DNA of 64,000 nucleotides from a virus (Duplodnaviria > Caudoviricetes). The stretch spans positions 1 through 64,000 of the IMG/VR virus record IMGVR_UViG_2660238492_000006, one strand, 5' to 3'. Position numbers and translations under genes: made by a program. This document shows, in pieces, positions 31,033 through 39,210 of this stretch. Positions within the stretch are counted from its first letter, which is position 1. Each line of letters opens with the position of its first letter. Below the pieces are notes generated by a model. The model was not told the origin of the DNA, searched no databases, and worked only from the letters and a program-made list of their open reading frames with translations.

Positions 31033-31681
31033 TCAATGCTTCTATGAATCCATCATCTTCAGTTTCTTCATCTTCATTTTCTCCTGTTATTTCTGCTACT
31101 TCTGCTTTTAATTTAGCTACTCTAATTTTTTGTTCATCACTTGCCAACTCCCAATTTTTATGAAGTAACTCTTCATATTTACTTATTAAATTTTGCAATG
31201 TTGATATAGCTTTACTTTGAGTATTTAAAAAAGTAGCTTGTCTATCCCAAGCAAATTGAAATTCATAAGAGAACTCTTCTTCTGTTTCATCTGTTGAGGT
31301 TTTTTCTGTAGATCTAGTTTTAGATTTAATTTTAGATTTTTTAATTTCTTTTATCATTTCTGATTTACTCTTAACATGCATTATTTTTTGACTTCGAATT
31401 ATCGCTGCAAATTGTAATTGAATATTAGTCCATAAAATATCTAATGTACTTATTCCACATTCTACAGTTTCCTTAATTATATTTTTAGTTGCTGTTGGAA
31501 TATATTTTTTTAAAAAATCTTTTTCTAAATGCTTAGCTGCATCAAAATATTCTCCGTGTTTTAGGCTATTAAGATTTCCAACTGGTGCTCCACCTTTATT
31601 CCCCACAGCATTCTTATTTCCAGCTGGTGCTCCGCCCTTATTACCTTTAGCGTTCTTATTGCCCTTTGGTGCTCCTGCCAT
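30992..31681 (-). CDS. terS: terminase small subunit
   Basis: GAP.GNKNA repeats, KHG, EFQFAWDRQATFL; start taken at MAGAPKG. Confidence 0.85.
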   Translation of the reverse strand: MAGAPKGNKNAKGNKGGAPAGNKNAVGNKGGAPVGNLNSLKHGEYFDAAKHLEKDFLKKYIPTATKNIIKETVECGISTLDILWTNIQLQFAAIIRSQKIMHVKSKSEMIKEIKKSKIKSKTRSTEKTSTDETEEEFSYEFQFAWDRQATFLNTQSKAISTLQNLISKYEELLHKNWELASDEQKIRVAKLKAEVAEITGENEDEETEDDGFIEALNGTAKEDWSDEEE

Positions 31682-31753
31682 TCCCCCATCTCCTTTCATA
31701 AAAATATAGCAAATAAAAAACAGCATTCATTTTTGAATACTGTCTTTGATTTA

Positions 31754-32455
31754 CTATATACTCTGATTTTTTGTTTCATTAATTATTTCTTTTTTATATT
31801 TATAATAAGTGTTTCTTGCAAGGCCTATTAACTTCATTGCTTCAACATCTTTAAGAGTACCTCCAAAATCTTTACTGTATTTTTTTATTTGTTCCTTTGC
31901 TGAAATACTCTTTTTAGTAGTTAATTTAATACCCACTTGCTGCCCTATTTGTTTTCCATTAAGTCTTGCTGTTTCTATTCCTTCTTTTGTTCTTTGCTGT
32001 AAGTCCTTAACTTCCTTTTCAGATTGATTAAAAGCTATCTTTATTTGCTCTTTTGCTAGTGCTAATAAAAAATTATTAATGCCTTCAATAATAAAGTCAA
32101 CGTTCGTTCCTGTCATTTCAAAATTATTTGTAAGTGCTTTCTTATATGTCTCTGTATTTATATGTTGCTCTTTTATGAATACCAACTCAACACCTTTATT
32201 AAATAATTCCTCATATAGTTTAAATCCCTCCTCTGCATTTCTACTCATTCTACTTACAGAATCAAATACAATAGTATCACCTTTAGAAATATTACCTAAT
32301 AACTTTTTAAACTCTTTACGACCTTGAACTTTAGTTCCAGTAAATATTTCATTAATTATTATTGCACTTGGATATAATGCACTAATATTTCTATGTTGTC
32401 TTTCAATACTTTGTTTATTAGTTGATATTCTACAGTAACCATATATTTTATTCAT
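31754..32455 (-). CDS. serine recombinase (resolvase family)
   Basis: YGYCRIST..Q...RQ, GDTIVFDSVSRMSR, RT.EG...A, C-terminal HTH. Confidence 0.9.
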   Translation of the reverse strand: MNKIYGYCRISTNKQSIERQHRNISALYPSAIIINEIFTGTKVQGRKEFKKLLGNISKGDTIVFDSVSRMSRNAEEGFKLYEELFNKGVELVFIKEQHINTETYKKALTNNFEMTGTNVDFIIEGINNFLLALAKEQIKIAFNQSEKEVKDLQQRTKEGIETARLNGKQIGQQVGIKLTTKKSISAKEQIKKYSKDFGGTLKDVEAMKLIGLARNTYYKYKKEIINETKNQSI

Positions 32456-32471
32456 ACTCTACACCTCATAT

Positions 32472-32586
32472 ATTAATAGTATTAAATTTAACGACCGTTT
32501 TATTTGATACTACTAATATATAAGATTTTTAATCTAATGTCAATGACTTTTAATACTTTTCTAAATAACGTCACTTTTAATACTAA
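32472..32586. promoter_or_regulatory. putative res site upstream of the resolvase
   Basis: imperfect IR TAGTATTAAAT...ATTTGATACTA plus ACTTTTAATACT repeated twice. Confidence 0.45.
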
Positions 32587-32842
32587 ATATTTATACACAC
32601 ATATATATTTAATTGAGTTGAGTTGTTCTTGAGTTGTTTTTATGCCTAAAATAATTTTAAAAAACTACTCAAATCTATTAATGAAGCTAAACCTATTGAT
32701 TTTACTAGCTTTGAATGTATTTTCCCATTTTTCTTACAATAAGTAATAACATGGAGAATTACTGATACTATTTTTAAGATACATATAATAGTAAGAATTT
32801 TTTATTTATATACTAAATAAGTACCATTTTATTTTTTACCGA

Positions 32843-33499
32843 TTATAAATCTTTATCAGCTATTTTACCAGCATCCTCTAACATAATATCTTTAAGTCCC
32901 AAATAACGTTTTGTTTCTTCTATAGATTGGTGATTTAAAGCAACTCTAACTTTTTCTATATTATGATTAGAGTTCTCATAAATTGTAGTAGCATAAGTCT
33001 TTCTAGGACTATGCCCACTTATATGTTTTAATCCAATCTTTTCACCAACATCTTTTAATATAGCACTATATGATTTTTGACTTATATATTCATCTCCCTC
33101 ACCTTTATTAGATGGAAATGCAAATTCTTTTCTTTTTTTATTTTTAATATATTCTTCTAAATATTTTTTTAATGAAGAACCTATAATAGCTTTTCTTTTA
33201 TCAGGCTTCTTTCTGTTAGGATGTTCTGCTAAACTACTTTGCCATTGTTTAAATTGCTTACTCTCCTGGATTAGAAAAAATCCTTCACTTAGTGCATCAT
33301 CAATTTCTCCAATTGTAAGTCCAACAAGATCACCTAATCTATATCCTGTAGCCCTAGCTAATAAAAATAATGTTATATTTCTGTCAGCATACTTTTTACT
33401 ATGCTCTATTAATGATTCTTTAAATCTCTTATATTTATTATCTGGTATAGGTAAGGCAGTTCCTTTTTCCCAGTTCCTTTTCTTATCTTCATCCACCAT
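32843..33499 (-). CDS. small tyrosine recombinase (catalytic domain only)
   Basis: TGYR.GD, HSPRKTYA, LNHQS, TKRYLG: the R-H-R-H-Y residues are present. Confidence 0.9.
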   Translation of the reverse strand: MVDEDKKRNWEKGTALPIPDNKYKRFKESLIEHSKKYADRNITLFLLARATGYRLGDLVGLTIGEIDDALSEGFFLIQESKQFKQWQSSLAEHPNRKKPDKRKAIIGSSLKKYLEEYIKNKKRKEFAFPSNKGEGDEYISQKSYSAILKDVGEKIGLKHISGHSPRKTYATTIYENSNHNIEKVRVALNHQSIEETKRYLGLKDIMLEDAGKIADKDL

Positions 33500-33720
33500 T
33501 AATTCACCTGCCTTATATATCCATTCATTCTTTTGTAATAATTACTTTTCATACAATCCTTAGCATTATTAGTTGAAAATTCTTTCTTAAATGACTTACA
33601 ACCACAATGAGCACATGATAAGTATTTTCTATTTTTTATAGTATCTTCAACTTCTTCTTTCAAAAGAATAGTAGTTTTTTTACATCTTTTACATATTAAA
33701 ATAATATAAATACTTTCCAT
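33499..33720 (-). CDS. zinc-ribbon protein
   Basis: CKRC...CAHCGC; translationally coupled to the recombinase. Confidence 0.7.
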   Translation of the reverse strand: MESIYIILICKRCKKTTILLKEEVEDTIKNRKYLSCAHCGCKSFKKEFSTNNAKDCMKSNYYKRMNGYIRQVN

Positions 33721-33771
33721 CTACTCACCTTCTTCCCATAAAAATAACCAGTAAAACTACTGGTTTAAAAT

Positions 33772-34179
33772 TTACATTATAACAACATCATTTTCTTTTC
33801 TATAATCACTTTTAAGTATATTTTTATTGATTTTATCTGCTGCATACTCATTTGTTAATCTTCTAGGTGTATCAAAACTTACTGTAACATCTTTGTTAAG
33901 AACTATATTGCCGTTCTTTTTATTAGTTTTATATATGGATCTATTTCTTTTAACAAAATCTTTATCACTCATATAATTTTTAGATTCTTGCCTTGTTATT
34001 CTATCAACTTCTTTTTTCCTTATTTTTTCAGCTTCATTGGATTTTCTAAATTCTTTTAGATTTCTATGTATGCATTGTCTTACTGTACTAGGCTTACATT
34101 TTAATGTTCTTGCTATTTGAGAAGAATTATAACCTTCAAGATACTTTTCTTTTACTTTTTCTATATCTAACATATACAT
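33772..34179 (-). CDS. HTH DNA-binding protein
   Basis: YLEGYNSSQIARTLKCKPSTVRQCI. Confidence 0.7.
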   Translation of the reverse strand: MYMLDIEKVKEKYLEGYNSSQIARTLKCKPSTVRQCIHRNLKEFRKSNEAEKIRKKEVDRITRQESKNYMSDKDFVKRNRSIYKTNKKNGNIVLNKDVTVSFDTPRRLTNEYAADKINKNILKSDYRKENDVVIM

Positions 34180-34311
34180 ACCTCCTAAAAATGGATATAG
34201 TTATTCCATACCAAAAGTGTGACATTTTTTTATTTTAAATAAGACATTTGTTGCAAATTTTTATCTTATTACTTATTTATATTAATTATAAAAAAAATAT
34301 CGTGCTTGTAC

Positions 34312-34352
34312 CACGACACAAACACGACATTTTTATGACATTTTCACGACAT
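34312..34352 (-). promoter_or_regulatory. phased direct repeats, candidate late-activator operator
   Basis: (C/T)GACA at 34314, 34325, 34336 and 34347, an 11-bp period. Confidence 0.6.
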
Positions 34353-34553
34353 TTTTAAATTTTTTTCTATTCTTTGCAGATGTCTTGGACTTATTCCAGC
34401 TATATTAGCTGCTCTTTCTTGTGTATAACCTTTAATTAATCTCAAATACTTTACCTTATCAATATTTCTATTCAACTTATCAACATATCTTTTATCTTCT
34501 TCTTCATCTGCAATAGAAACATCAATATCTTCCAATATTACTGTTTTAGTCAT
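34344..34553 (-). CDS. HTH regulator (candidate late-gene activator)
   Basis: LRLIKGYTQERAANIAGISPRHLQRIE. Confidence 0.75.
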   Translation of the reverse strand: MTKTVILEDIDVSIADEEEDKRYVDKLNRNIDKVKYLRLIKGYTQERAANIAGISPRHLQRIEKNLKMS

Positions 34554-34734
34554 TTATTATCCTCCTCTTTATTCTTTAACATCTATTTCAGTTTTATAAG
34601 GTTTTAGGATATTCCTAATTATTTAAAAAATTGGATTGTGGCCACAAATCCAATGCTTGCTATTCTTATAATTCAGCAGGATTCTTAAGGACTTTATTCC
34701 TTGAGCAAGTATGGATTTAATTTTAAATCCAATG

Positions 34735-34786
34735 CTTGCTATACTTGCTATACTTGCTATACTTGCTATACTTGCTATACTTGATA
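34735..34786. repeat. 9-bp tandem repeat (CTTGCTATA)x5 plus a partial copy
   Basis: read directly from the sequence. Confidence 0.95.
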
Positions 34787-34924
34787 AAATTATTAGTAAA
34801 TACAAAAATACTTGATGCAATATTCCTGATTTACTAGTATGACGAAGTAACCTTAAATAAAAAATACTGCACTATCAATTGAATAGTGCAGTATAAAACT
34901 TATTAAAATCTATTTTCTAAAAAC

Positions 34925-35494
34925 TTATGAATTAATAAAACCATCTATAAATTCATTCCAAGGTAATAATGGATATTCTCTCATTAGCAATGCTATCACT
35001 TCGATATTAGCTTTGCATTTACCACTTTTCATGTCTGAAATTATTTGTCTACTCTTATTGATTTTCCTTGCAATTTCGGACTGATTGTCTTTTATAAGCA
35101 TAAGTATATCATTGAATGTAAAAGGTTCATTTTCGTATAAGTTTAAAATCTTATTAATAATTCTTGCGGGTACATTAGCTTGATAGTAATCTAATACTTC
35201 ATCAAATAAACTCAATATATTTTTGTATTCTTCTTCAGTAACTTTTCTTGTAACTGTTATGCTGCATACGTCCATATATTGTTTTCTACCAACACTAGGA
35301 AAATATATCCCTATATCTGTTCTATCAAATTCAAAAGTATTACATTTAATATTTTTTCTTTCTAAAAATTCAACTAAATCCTTTCTATTAAAATAAGTTT
35401 CAACAAGATCTTGACTTGGTACTCCCACTATAGTAAAACTAGTAATCTTACCTTCTTCAATTAATTTAAACAACATTTTCTTTTTTAATAACAT
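34925..35494 (-). CDS. hypothetical protein with C-terminal HTH
   Basis: NQSEIARKINKSRQIISDMKSG. Confidence 0.65.
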   Translation of the reverse strand: MLLKKKMLFKLIEEGKITSFTIVGVPSQDLVETYFNRKDLVEFLERKNIKCNTFEFDRTDIGIYFPSVGRKQYMDVCSITVTRKVTEEEYKNILSLFDEVLDYYQANVPARIINKILNLYENEPFTFNDILMLIKDNQSEIARKINKSRQIISDMKSGKCKANIEVIALLMREYPLLPWNEFIDGFINS

Positions 35495-35591
35495 TTTAAA
35501 AACAACTCCTTTATGATATAATTTATTTGAATAATTTATAAAATATTTTGTTTTAGGAGAGTATAGAGTGCTTATCTATACTCTCTATTTA

Positions 35592-35825
35592 TTAATTAAG
35601 CTTTAATATTGCTGTATCAAGACCACCTCTTGCACCTCTTATTAATGTTGCGTTTGTATGCAATTCTTTAACTGATTCTATGAAATTTTCAATGGTTCTA
35701 TTAGTTACTCTTCTTGGAGAATTAGCAAAGCTTCTATATGTTGCTCCTAAACTTTTAACTTCGCCTTCTTTTAATAAAATTTCATAAACAGCTTTTTGAT
35801 TTGAACCTTTAATCATTTTTACCAC
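35592..35825 (-). CDS. hypothetical protein
   Basis: AAGGAG RBS; own upstream region and downstream hairpin. Confidence 0.55.
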   Translation of the reverse strand: MVKMIKGSNQKAVYEILLKEGEVKSLGATYRSFANSPRRVTNRTIENFIESVKELHTNATLIRGARGGLDTAILKLN

Positions 35826-35994
35826 TCCTTAATTTGTTTTAATTTATCTTATAAATATATTGTACGATATTTTCTTACACATTGCAATAGTTTTGTAGGA
35901 AATTTTCTTACAAATATTTCGACAAAAAAGGATTAATAATAAACTTTATACTACACTATTCAATTTTCAAAGAACAATTTTTTATTTAAGTTAC

Positions 35995-36021
35995 TACATC
36001 ATATATACATATTGCGAACTA
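35995..36021. other. dyad recombination-like site TACATCATA-TATACA-TATTGCGAA
   Basis: abuts the TAG of 36019..36312. Confidence 0.6.
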
Positions 36022-36312
36022 ACTTAGTTTCAATTTTGTACCATATTCCTTATTGTGTATGTCTACTAATTTTTTAACTTTTTCTATATAATCAACAAAA
36101 TCATTTTTATCTTTTATAGCTTCATATTTTACTTTTGTCCCTTGCTTATTTGTCTTATATATTTTTTTAACCTTAAATCCATCTTTGCATTTTTCTATAT
36201 ATAACCCTAATATCACTAAATCATAATCTTGCTTTTTATTTTCCTTAAATTCTAAATTAATTTTTGGATATGTTTCTGTAAATCCTAAAACGGATACTGC
36301 AGCATTATTCAT
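36019..36312 (-). CDS. phage early hypothetical protein
   Basis: ORF with RBS. Confidence 0.6.
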   Translation of the reverse strand: MNNAAVSVLGFTETYPKINLEFKENKKQDYDLVILGLYIEKCKDGFKVKKIYKTNKQGTKVKYEAIKDKNDFVDYIEKVKKLVDIHNKEYGTKLKLS

Positions 36313-36321
36313 TGCTCTACC

Positions 36322-36531
36322 TCACTTTATAATTTTTATTCCATACTTTATATAATCCTCTGCCAGTACGAAATGTTTACATTCTGTTTTTCTATTAAGT
36401 CTTTTGCTATTATCAAAACTATAGTAATAACACTCTTCACAGTTAAAACAATCTTCTATACTACCTTTTCTGCTATATAAACAATCTACATTGTTGGAAC
36501 ATTTATTGCATATGCAATTACATACAGGCAT
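36322..36531 (-). CDS. Cys-rich small protein
   Basis: CNCICNKC, CFNCEEC. Confidence 0.6.
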   Translation of the reverse strand: MPVCNCICNKCSNNVDCLYSRKGSIEDCFNCEECYYYSFDNSKRLNRKTECKHFVLAEDYIKYGIKIIK

Positions 36532-36566
36532 GTCTTACATCCTTTCTCTGACTATATTGTGTATTG

Positions 36567-37292
36567 TTAATTATCTATATCAAAATAAGTTTCTATATCA
36601 TCATCACCCTCAATATCAATTATTATTGGAGTTTTATTGTAATAAATATTTGTGATTAATGACTCTATTTCCGTCATATTTCCTAATTTAAATGTATTTT
36701 CTAATCGTTTATCCCCTATATACACAGTGTTCATGCTTCCTATTTTTTTATCATCTCTATCCGGATATACTGTAAACTCAATATAGTTTTCATCATCTCT
36801 GTAATATGATCTTTCAGGTTTTTCTCTTGCCATTTTATAAGTTATCCATCCATATTCAGACTCTTCTATATCAACCCAGAAGTTTTCTAATGAATACTTG
36901 TCTTCTTCATCAGTACTTTCATTCATATAATCTCTATATTTTTCAAATATCTCTGAAAGCTTTATATTTTCTCTTTTTATAACCAATATGTCATTAAATG
37001 TTTTTTGAATTTTTTCTGCAACATCTTTCCTACATACTTCTTCAGTAATCATTTTTATTTTTTCTGCTATAAAACCGTTATAGCCAGTAAATCCTATTTC
37101 ACTTACTACTTCTGAAACCTGCTTTTCTACTTTATCTTCTATTTGATGTTTTAAACTATAACTATCTAGTGCCCCTTCAATTCCTTTAATAATAGCTTTT
37201 TCAATATTTTCCTCTAGTACTTTTTCGATTGTATTATTTTCTTCCATTTCCTTTAACTTATTGTTTACAATTGCATTTATATCTATATTCAT
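36567..37292 (-). CDS. phage early hypothetical protein
   Basis: 241-aa ORF with GAGGT RBS. Confidence 0.7.
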   Translation of the reverse strand: MNIDINAIVNNKLKEMEENNTIEKVLEENIEKAIIKGIEGALDSYSLKHQIEDKVEKQVSEVVSEIGFTGYNGFIAEKIKMITEEVCRKDVAEKIQKTFNDILVIKRENIKLSEIFEKYRDYMNESTDEEDKYSLENFWVDIEESEYGWITYKMAREKPERSYYRDDENYIEFTVYPDRDDKKIGSMNTVYIGDKRLENTFKLGNMTEIESLITNIYYNKTPIIIDIEGDDDIETYFDIDN

Positions 37293-37330
37293 AATTCTCT
37301 ACCTCACTTTATTTTATTTTTTAATTTTTC

Positions 37331-37354
37331 TTCGTCATATCTGACTATTATTTT
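37331..37354. other. dyad site TTCGTCATA-TCTGAC-TATTATTTT
   Basis: overlaps the stop of 37348..37614. Confidence 0.5.
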
Positions 37355-37614
37355 TCATATTTCTTTCCACAAAACGGACAATATGCATAACACATATTAA
37401 CTTTTTCCTTCTTATGCTTAATCTCACCTTTTCTATTTTTATAGTCATACTCTATTACCATAAGTGAATATAATTGGCTTTGGCATCCTGCTTCTGTAAA
37501 CATCAACGCTGCATTTTCTAAAGATACTTTGTTTACTTTTTCTATGTCTTCTCTTTTTTGAAATTTTTCTTCTATTCCTTTTTTTACTGATTCTATACAA
37601 TCACATTTGCTCAT
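37348..37614 (-). CDS. zinc-finger phage protein
   Basis: CDC...YCPFCG. Confidence 0.7.
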   Translation of the reverse strand: MSKCDCIESVKKGIEEKFQKREDIEKVNKVSLENAALMFTEAGCQSQLYSLMVIEYDYKNRKGEIKHKKEKVNMCYAYCPFCGKKYEK

Positions 37615-37865
37615 TGATCAATCCCACTTTCCATAATTTCTTTCTTAAAATTTTCTAACTTTTCAATTTCTGCCTGGTGCTCTTTGATTTTTATATCAGT
37701 TATCTTTAAAGCCATAAATTTATTTGAATTAGAATAAGTTAATGAATAATTACCAAAGGAGCTGTATATATGCTGCTTTGATACTCCAAATTCTTTGGCT
37801 ATCATTTCATAACTATATCCAGTTAAATCTTTTAACTTTTTAAATAACTCGTTTATTCTTGCCAT
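37611..37865 (-). CDS. HTH protein
   Basis: YSYEMIAKEFGVSKQHIY. Confidence 0.7.
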   Translation of the reverse strand: MARINELFKKLKDLTGYSYEMIAKEFGVSKQHIYSSFGNYSLTYSNSNKFMALKITDIKIKEHQAEIEKLENFKKEIMESGIDQ

Positions 37866-37938
37866 TTTCTTATTTCCTCCTTTTGTTTTATTCTGTCAAC
37901 TCATTCTCTTATTTCTTTGTTTTAAGTCAATTATTTAC

Positions 37939-37965
37939 TACGCAATATCTGACTATTGTGTACTA
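37939..37965. other. dyad site TACGCAATA-TCTGAC-TATTGTGTA
   Basis: near-perfect inverted arms; abuts the TAG of 37963..38277. Confidence 0.65.
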
Positions 37966-38277
37966 TATTGCTACCATACAAATTCCTTTATAACTATTTT
38001 GAAAGTGCCTAAATGAAAAGGAAAAATCAATGTTTTTGTATTCTTCTTTCAATTCTCTTAGTACAATTTCAGATATTTCATTTTCAAAGCCATATGTTAC
38101 ATTTCCATAAAAATCAACTGTAGTTGTTGTTTTTCCTTTTTCGATATTATCTTCAAATCTTTTAATACAAAGTTTTTTAAAATTATTAACTTCTTTTCGT
38201 ATTGTTTTATTTCTTATTCTTTCAGCCTTCTCTTTATAAGAAAAATCACTTTTAGATTTCAAAAAACCAAATAACAT
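37963..38277 (-). CDS. hypothetical protein
   Basis: AGGAGG RBS. Confidence 0.6.
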   Translation of the reverse strand: MLFGFLKSKSDFSYKEKAERIRNKTIRKEVNNFKKLCIKRFEDNIEKGKTTTTVDFYGNVTYGFENEISEIVLRELKEEYKNIDFSFSFRHFQNSYKGICMVAI

Positions 38278-38304
38278 TTATTTCCTCCTTTTTCTCATTT
38301 TGTG

Positions 38305-38550
38305 CTAGTCTTCATCAACATTATTTCTATATTCTTCTTCTGAAATTGAAGTTATATATTTTATATTTCCATCAATTTTCCCAGCTATAGCTTTTATATA
38401 GATTCTTTCAAGTTCCTTAATTTGTTCATCATTAGGCATTTTTCCAACTGTTAATGTACAACAAGAATACACTTCTCCATAATTCCCATCTTCATCTATT
38501 GCCATTTTAAGTTCTTTCCCTAATTTAAAATAAAACTTTAGTTCAATCAT
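38305..38550 (-). CDS. hypothetical protein
   Basis: GAGGT RBS; C-terminal ISEEEY. Confidence 0.6.
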   Translation of the reverse strand: MIELKFYFKLGKELKMAIDEDGNYGEVYSCCTLTVGKMPNDEQIKELERIYIKAIAGKIDGNIKYITSISEEEYRNNVDED

Positions 38551-38713
38551 TGCTTTTTACCTCATTTTCTTTAATTTCTAATTTCCATCCACACTTACAT
38601 TCAATACTTGCTTCACTTTCATCAGACTTAAAACCGTCACACATCATTGTTTTTCCACATTTAGGACAAGTTGAATATGCTCTCATAAGTCTTATTATTG
38701 TTTCAATTATCAT
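38543..38713 (-). CDS. zinc-ribbon protein (DUF3797-like, 56 aa, not in track)
   Basis: LMRAYSTCPKCG...IECKCGW. Confidence 0.65.
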   Translation of the reverse strand: MIIETIIRLMRAYSTCPKCGKTMMCDGFKSDESEASIECKCGWKLEIKENEVKSND

Positions 38714-38790
38714 TACTTTACCTCGTTATTTATAAACTGTTATAAATTAATATTAATATTAAATATTAATATATAGTTTTGATATTAATA

Positions 38791-39210
38791 TTAAAATGGC
38801 ATATCTCCATCATCTACTGGAGTTATATCTTCTTCAAAATTGAAATTTTCAAATGGATTATTAGTTGTTGAATTATTTGAGACTCCTGCACTATTTGACT
38901 TGCTTAAAAATTTTACTTCTGTAGCAACTACTTCTGTAACATACCTTTTAGTTCCATCTTTAGCTTCATAATTTCTTGTTTGAATTCTACCACTTATAGC
39001 CATTTGGCTACCCTTTACCATGTAATTTGCTGTGCTTTCGGCTTGTTTACCCCATACAACCACTGGTACAAAGTCCGCTTCTTTTTGACCAGACTTAGAA
39101 TTATACTTATCAACTGCTAATGTTAATTTAGTAACTGCTGTTCCTGCTCCTGGCGTAAATTTCAATTCAGGATCTTTTGTCAATCTTCCGATAAGAACTA
39201 CTTTATTCAT
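38791..39210 (-). CDS. ssb: single-stranded DNA-binding protein
   Basis: MNKVVLIGRLTKDPEL...DDGDMPF. Confidence 0.95.
   Translation of the reverse strand: MNKVVLIGRLTKDPELKFTPGAGTAVTKLTLAVDKYNSKSGQKEADFVPVVVWGKQAESTANYMVKGSQMAISGRIQTRNYEAKDGTKRYVTEVVATEVKFLSKSNSAGVSNNSTTNNPFENFNFEEDITPVDDGDMPF

Noticed and set aside
32843-33499. prophage integrase marking an att end
   Set aside because: Short, lacks arm- and core-binding domains, and sits between early and packaging genes.
34735-34786. possible CRISPR array
   Set aside because: Contiguous 9-mers with no spacers and no cas genes.
34623-34820. 65-aa ORF with IAS repeats
   Set aside because: Created by the 9-bp tandem repeat; TTG start without an RBS; the region looks like structured non-coding sequence.
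38290-38307. additional dyad site before 38305
   Set aside because: Only CATTTTGTG-CTA; too degenerate to count.
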